A DNA stretch of 64,000 nucleotides from an uncultured Pseudomonadales bacterium (GTDB lineage Bacteria > Patescibacteriota > Microgenomatia > UBA1400 > PJMF01): NCBI GenBank assembly GCA_964637295.1, contig CAZWWE010000001.1, positions 252,312 to 316,311 of the forward strand, given 5' to 3'. Positions 61,801 to 64,000 of the stretch are shown piece after piece; position 1 is the first letter of the stretch, and each line of letters starts with the position of its first letter. The translations under genes were made by a program, and so were the position numbers. A model generated the notes under the pieces. The model was not told where the DNA came from. It did no database searches and was given only the letters and a program-made list of their open reading frames with translations.

Positions 61801-64000
61801 ATGATCCACCAGTTGAAAATGACGTTGTGATCAAGTGGATAGTCGATGCCCACTGTAAATTGACCCTCGTTTTCTTTGGTAAAGCTACTGTCAGCGATTT
61901 TGTTTTTAACGTAAAGCACCTGGTTATTAGTAGAGTTCATCGGAGTGATATAAATCATGCTATTTTCCTCAACTTTATCACTTTCAATGCTCACTTCTGT
62001 TTGGCCAGCTTGAAGAATGGCTTGGCCAGCACTGCGGCCAGCAGTTGTTTGACCGGGCTGAGTGCCGTCGGTTCCATTTTGTCCGAGTCGCAATGATCCA
62101 GTGAGAGCTAAATCACCTGTGGCTGAAAAACTGGCAACGGGAGTGGCTTGTTCATTGATAAATTCAAAATTATTTTGTCTGACAATGGTTTGATCAGAAT
62201 TTGGATCCTGATCAAGAGAGGCGAGTTGTACCTTAATACTTTCGTCAGGATTTTCGGCACTAATTAAATTGGTCAAAAGAGTGTCTTTGACTTTCAGTTT
62301 GTCTTCAACTTCCAAAACGCCAGCAACTTTGAGATCACCAGTAATACTGACAAAACCCCGCCCATCTAATTGCATGAGGCCTGCCATCAGAGATAATTTG
62401 CCTTGACCAGCTGGCTGAATGGAGAAAGTAAAGTCTGCGTCGTCAGCTAATTGTGGCTGATAACTAATGAAATCCTTGCCGATGATGGTGTCTTCGCCAA
62501 GCATGAGACTTTGACCCAGTTTAAGAGAGTTGCTAATTAGAGCATTGCCATTGACCTCAAAGTATTGATTGATGAAAGCAGTGTCGGCAATTAGATCTAA
62601 GCTTCCATCACTTTGAGCTAGCTCTTCAAGATCAGTGAGTGCAGCGGCGCTGGCCTGGTAATTGGTGTTAAATTCTGCTTGAAGTTGTTGAATGTATTCT
62701 TCAGTTTGTTTGCTGTTTTCACCAAAAAGTGTAGCAATGAGACTAGGTTCTTGCAGTGTTTCGTTGATTTTATCGCTTAGTCTCTCTTCTAAGCCACTAA
62801 TAACATTGGCCTTAATACTTTGTGCCTCAATATTTTCAGCATAAAGCGTGCCACTGACGGTCGCATTTTCTAAATTGGCCAATTTAGACTCGAGATAGTC
62901 CATGCGAGCAGAATTAACTTCTAGATGTTCAGCTATTACATTGTCAGCGGTTAAACTGCCAGCCACAGAAGCATCTTCTGCCATTAATTGACCCAGACGA
63001 CTGGTTCCAGCCACTTCTAATTCTCCGCTGAATGAAGCATTTCCTTCACTATCGAAGCTAATCACTGTTTCTTGATCCTGATTTTGAATCATTAATTTAC
63101 CCAAAGCACTGCTGGCGGAAGAATCTTGATTAGCGCCAAGTTGTAGGGCAATATCTTGTGCCTTGATTTCCAAAGTTTCTTCGTTGGGGGCTTGAATTTC
63201 TGCAACTTCTAATTGACCAACTTGCAATTTGCCGATGATTGCTTGGGCGACTGCTAGGGCAGAATCTAAAGCTTCTCCCGTACTAGTGTTGATCACTTGC
63301 CAGCCAGCTTGAATTTTATAGTTTACTAGCTGAGCTATTTCAGTTAAGCCAGTCAAAGCTTGTTGAGCAAATGATGGAGTAGCCATGACATCGCTCACAA
63401 TAGCTAGTACGCGATCGGTTTCGCCACCTGGACTCCAATTTTCAAAAGAACGACCCAGACTGAGTTCACCGACTTTGGCTTTGCGAGCTAAACCGGGTTG
63501 GGCGGCGGCCGTTAGGTAATCACCTTTTTTAATTGGTTCACTGTCTGGAGAAATTTTCACTGGCACACGTCCGTCTAAGGCTAGAAGACGACGATTGTCG
63601 GCTTTAATACCCAGAGCTGTGCCAGCTTGAGTAGAAATTACCCCCAGCAACATGGGATCATTGTTTTCTCGGCTTTTACGTAAAATTGGTACGCCAAATT
63701 CATCCATTTCGCCAGTAATTGCCACCACGTCTCCTGGTCCAATTTCAGCGTCATTGACAGTGTACCATTCAGCCAAGTCAGCTCCGAAAACAATGGCTTC
63801 AAGACGCAATTCTTGTTCTTCGCCAGTGTAATTGTAAACGCGTACCTTATTGGTATCGGTTTGTTCAATTTTATAGCCATTTTGATAAGTGAAGCTAATA
63901 TTGTCGATGGCCGGCTGATAAGCAGGATTAGTGGTGCTAAAAATTACTCGATATTGGAAATAGTTGTTTGGTGTCGAGGTAATTTTTGTACCCGAAGTCG
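61788..64000 (-). CDS. Large hypothetical protein; 5' end lies beyond the window (frame open to position 64000)
   Basis: The track ORF 61788..63809 begins at a TTG. The same frame continues upstream without a stop (..TSGTKITSTPNNYFQYRVIFSTTNPAYQPAIDNISFTYQNGYKIEQTDTNKVRVYNYTGEEQE-LRLEAIVFG..) to the window edge. No enzymatic motifs recognised. Confidence 0.4.
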   Translation of the reverse strand, partial: TSGTKITSTPNNYFQYRVIFSTTNPAYQPAIDNISFTYQNGYKIEQTDTNKVRVYNYTGEEQELRLEAIVFGADLAEWYTVNDAEIGPGDVVAITGEMDEFGVPILRKSRENNDPMLLGVISTQAGTALGIKADNRRLLALDGRVPVKISPDSEPIKKGDYLTAAAQPGLARKAKVGELSLGRSFENWSPGGETDRVLAIVSDVMATPSFAQQALTGLTEIAQLVNYKIQAGWQVINTSTGEALDSALAVAQAIIGKLQVGQLEVAEIQAPNEETLEIKAQDIALQLGANQDSSASSALGKLMIQNQDQETVISFDSEGNASFSGELEVAGTSRLGQLMAEDASVAGSLTADNVIAEHLEVNSARMDYLESKLANLENATVSGTLYAENIEAQSIKANVISGLEERLSDKINETLQEPSLIATLFGENSKQTEEYIQQLQAEFNTNYQASAAALTDLEELAQSDGSLDLIADTAFINQYFEVNGNALISNSLKLGQSLMLGEDTIIGKDFISYQPQLADDADFTFSIQPAGQGKLSLMAGLMQLDGRGFVSITGDLKVAGVLEVEDKLKVKDTLLTNLISAENPDESIKVQLASLDQDPNSDQTIVRQNNFEFINEQATPVASFSATGDLALTGSLRLGQNGTDGTQPGQTTAGRSAGQAILQAGQTEVSIESDKVEENSMIYITPMNSTNNQVLYVKNKIADSSFTKENEGQFTVGIDYPLDHNVIFNWWIIQLN

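Noticed and set aside
1-64000. Alternative genetic code (UGA recoded as Gly, code 25) as in some CPR lineages
   Set aside because: dnaA and other confidently identified genes terminate at TGA, and long ORFs are intact under the standard code.
1-64000. CRISPR arrays, IS elements, integrases, rRNA operons
   Set aside because: No regularly spaced direct repeats, transposase/integrase motifs (DDE, R..H..R..Y) or rRNA-like conserved stretches were seen anywhere in the window.

Overview
This is an AT-rich (roughly 60% A+T by eye) bacterial chromosomal segment using the standard genetic code (dnaA ends in TGA and ORFs are intact, so there is no UGA recoding). The gene content suggests a reduced-genome, CPR/Patescibacteria-like organism: a short ValRS without a C-terminal extension, Rho with a low-complexity N-extension, many small secreted/membrane hypotheticals, type IV pseudopilins and a monoderm-style type IV secretion-like system. 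The window contains the replication-initiation neighbourhood with an unusual co-directional order dnaA-dnaN-rpmH-rnpA-yidD-yidC-jag-rnhA. The best oriC candidate is the dnaA-dnaN spacer. Housekeeping genes present are valS, rplY, uppS with an idi-like Nudix gene, recF, nnr, radA, rho, obg, rnhA and a partial ATP-dependent DNA ligase. There is a class II Fic protein, a HigB/HigA-like toxin-antitoxin pair whose toxin appears frameshifted, and cell-wall remodelling genes (LysM-M23, SpoIID/PcsB-like, VanW). A large T4SS-like locus spans about 21.9-40.5 kb, with a VirD4/TrwB-like ATPase at 50.3-52.5 kb. It comprises VirB4, a VirB3/PrgI-like protein, a VirB6/TrbL-like protein, a bitopic protein, a 1246-aa membrane protein ending in an M23 peptidase and a 969-aa secreted protein. 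The most striking feature is a family of nine paralogous VirB2/TrbC-like pilin-hairpin proteins. Seven sit in a tandem array at 4.68-8.12 kb next to a divergent ECF sigma/anti-sigma pair. Two more are fused to cysteine-rich ectodomains inside the T4SS locus. Three tandem GspG-like pseudopilins with atypical leader peptides and a large downstream gene running off the window end are also present. No rRNA, tRNA, CRISPR arrays or transposases were recognised.
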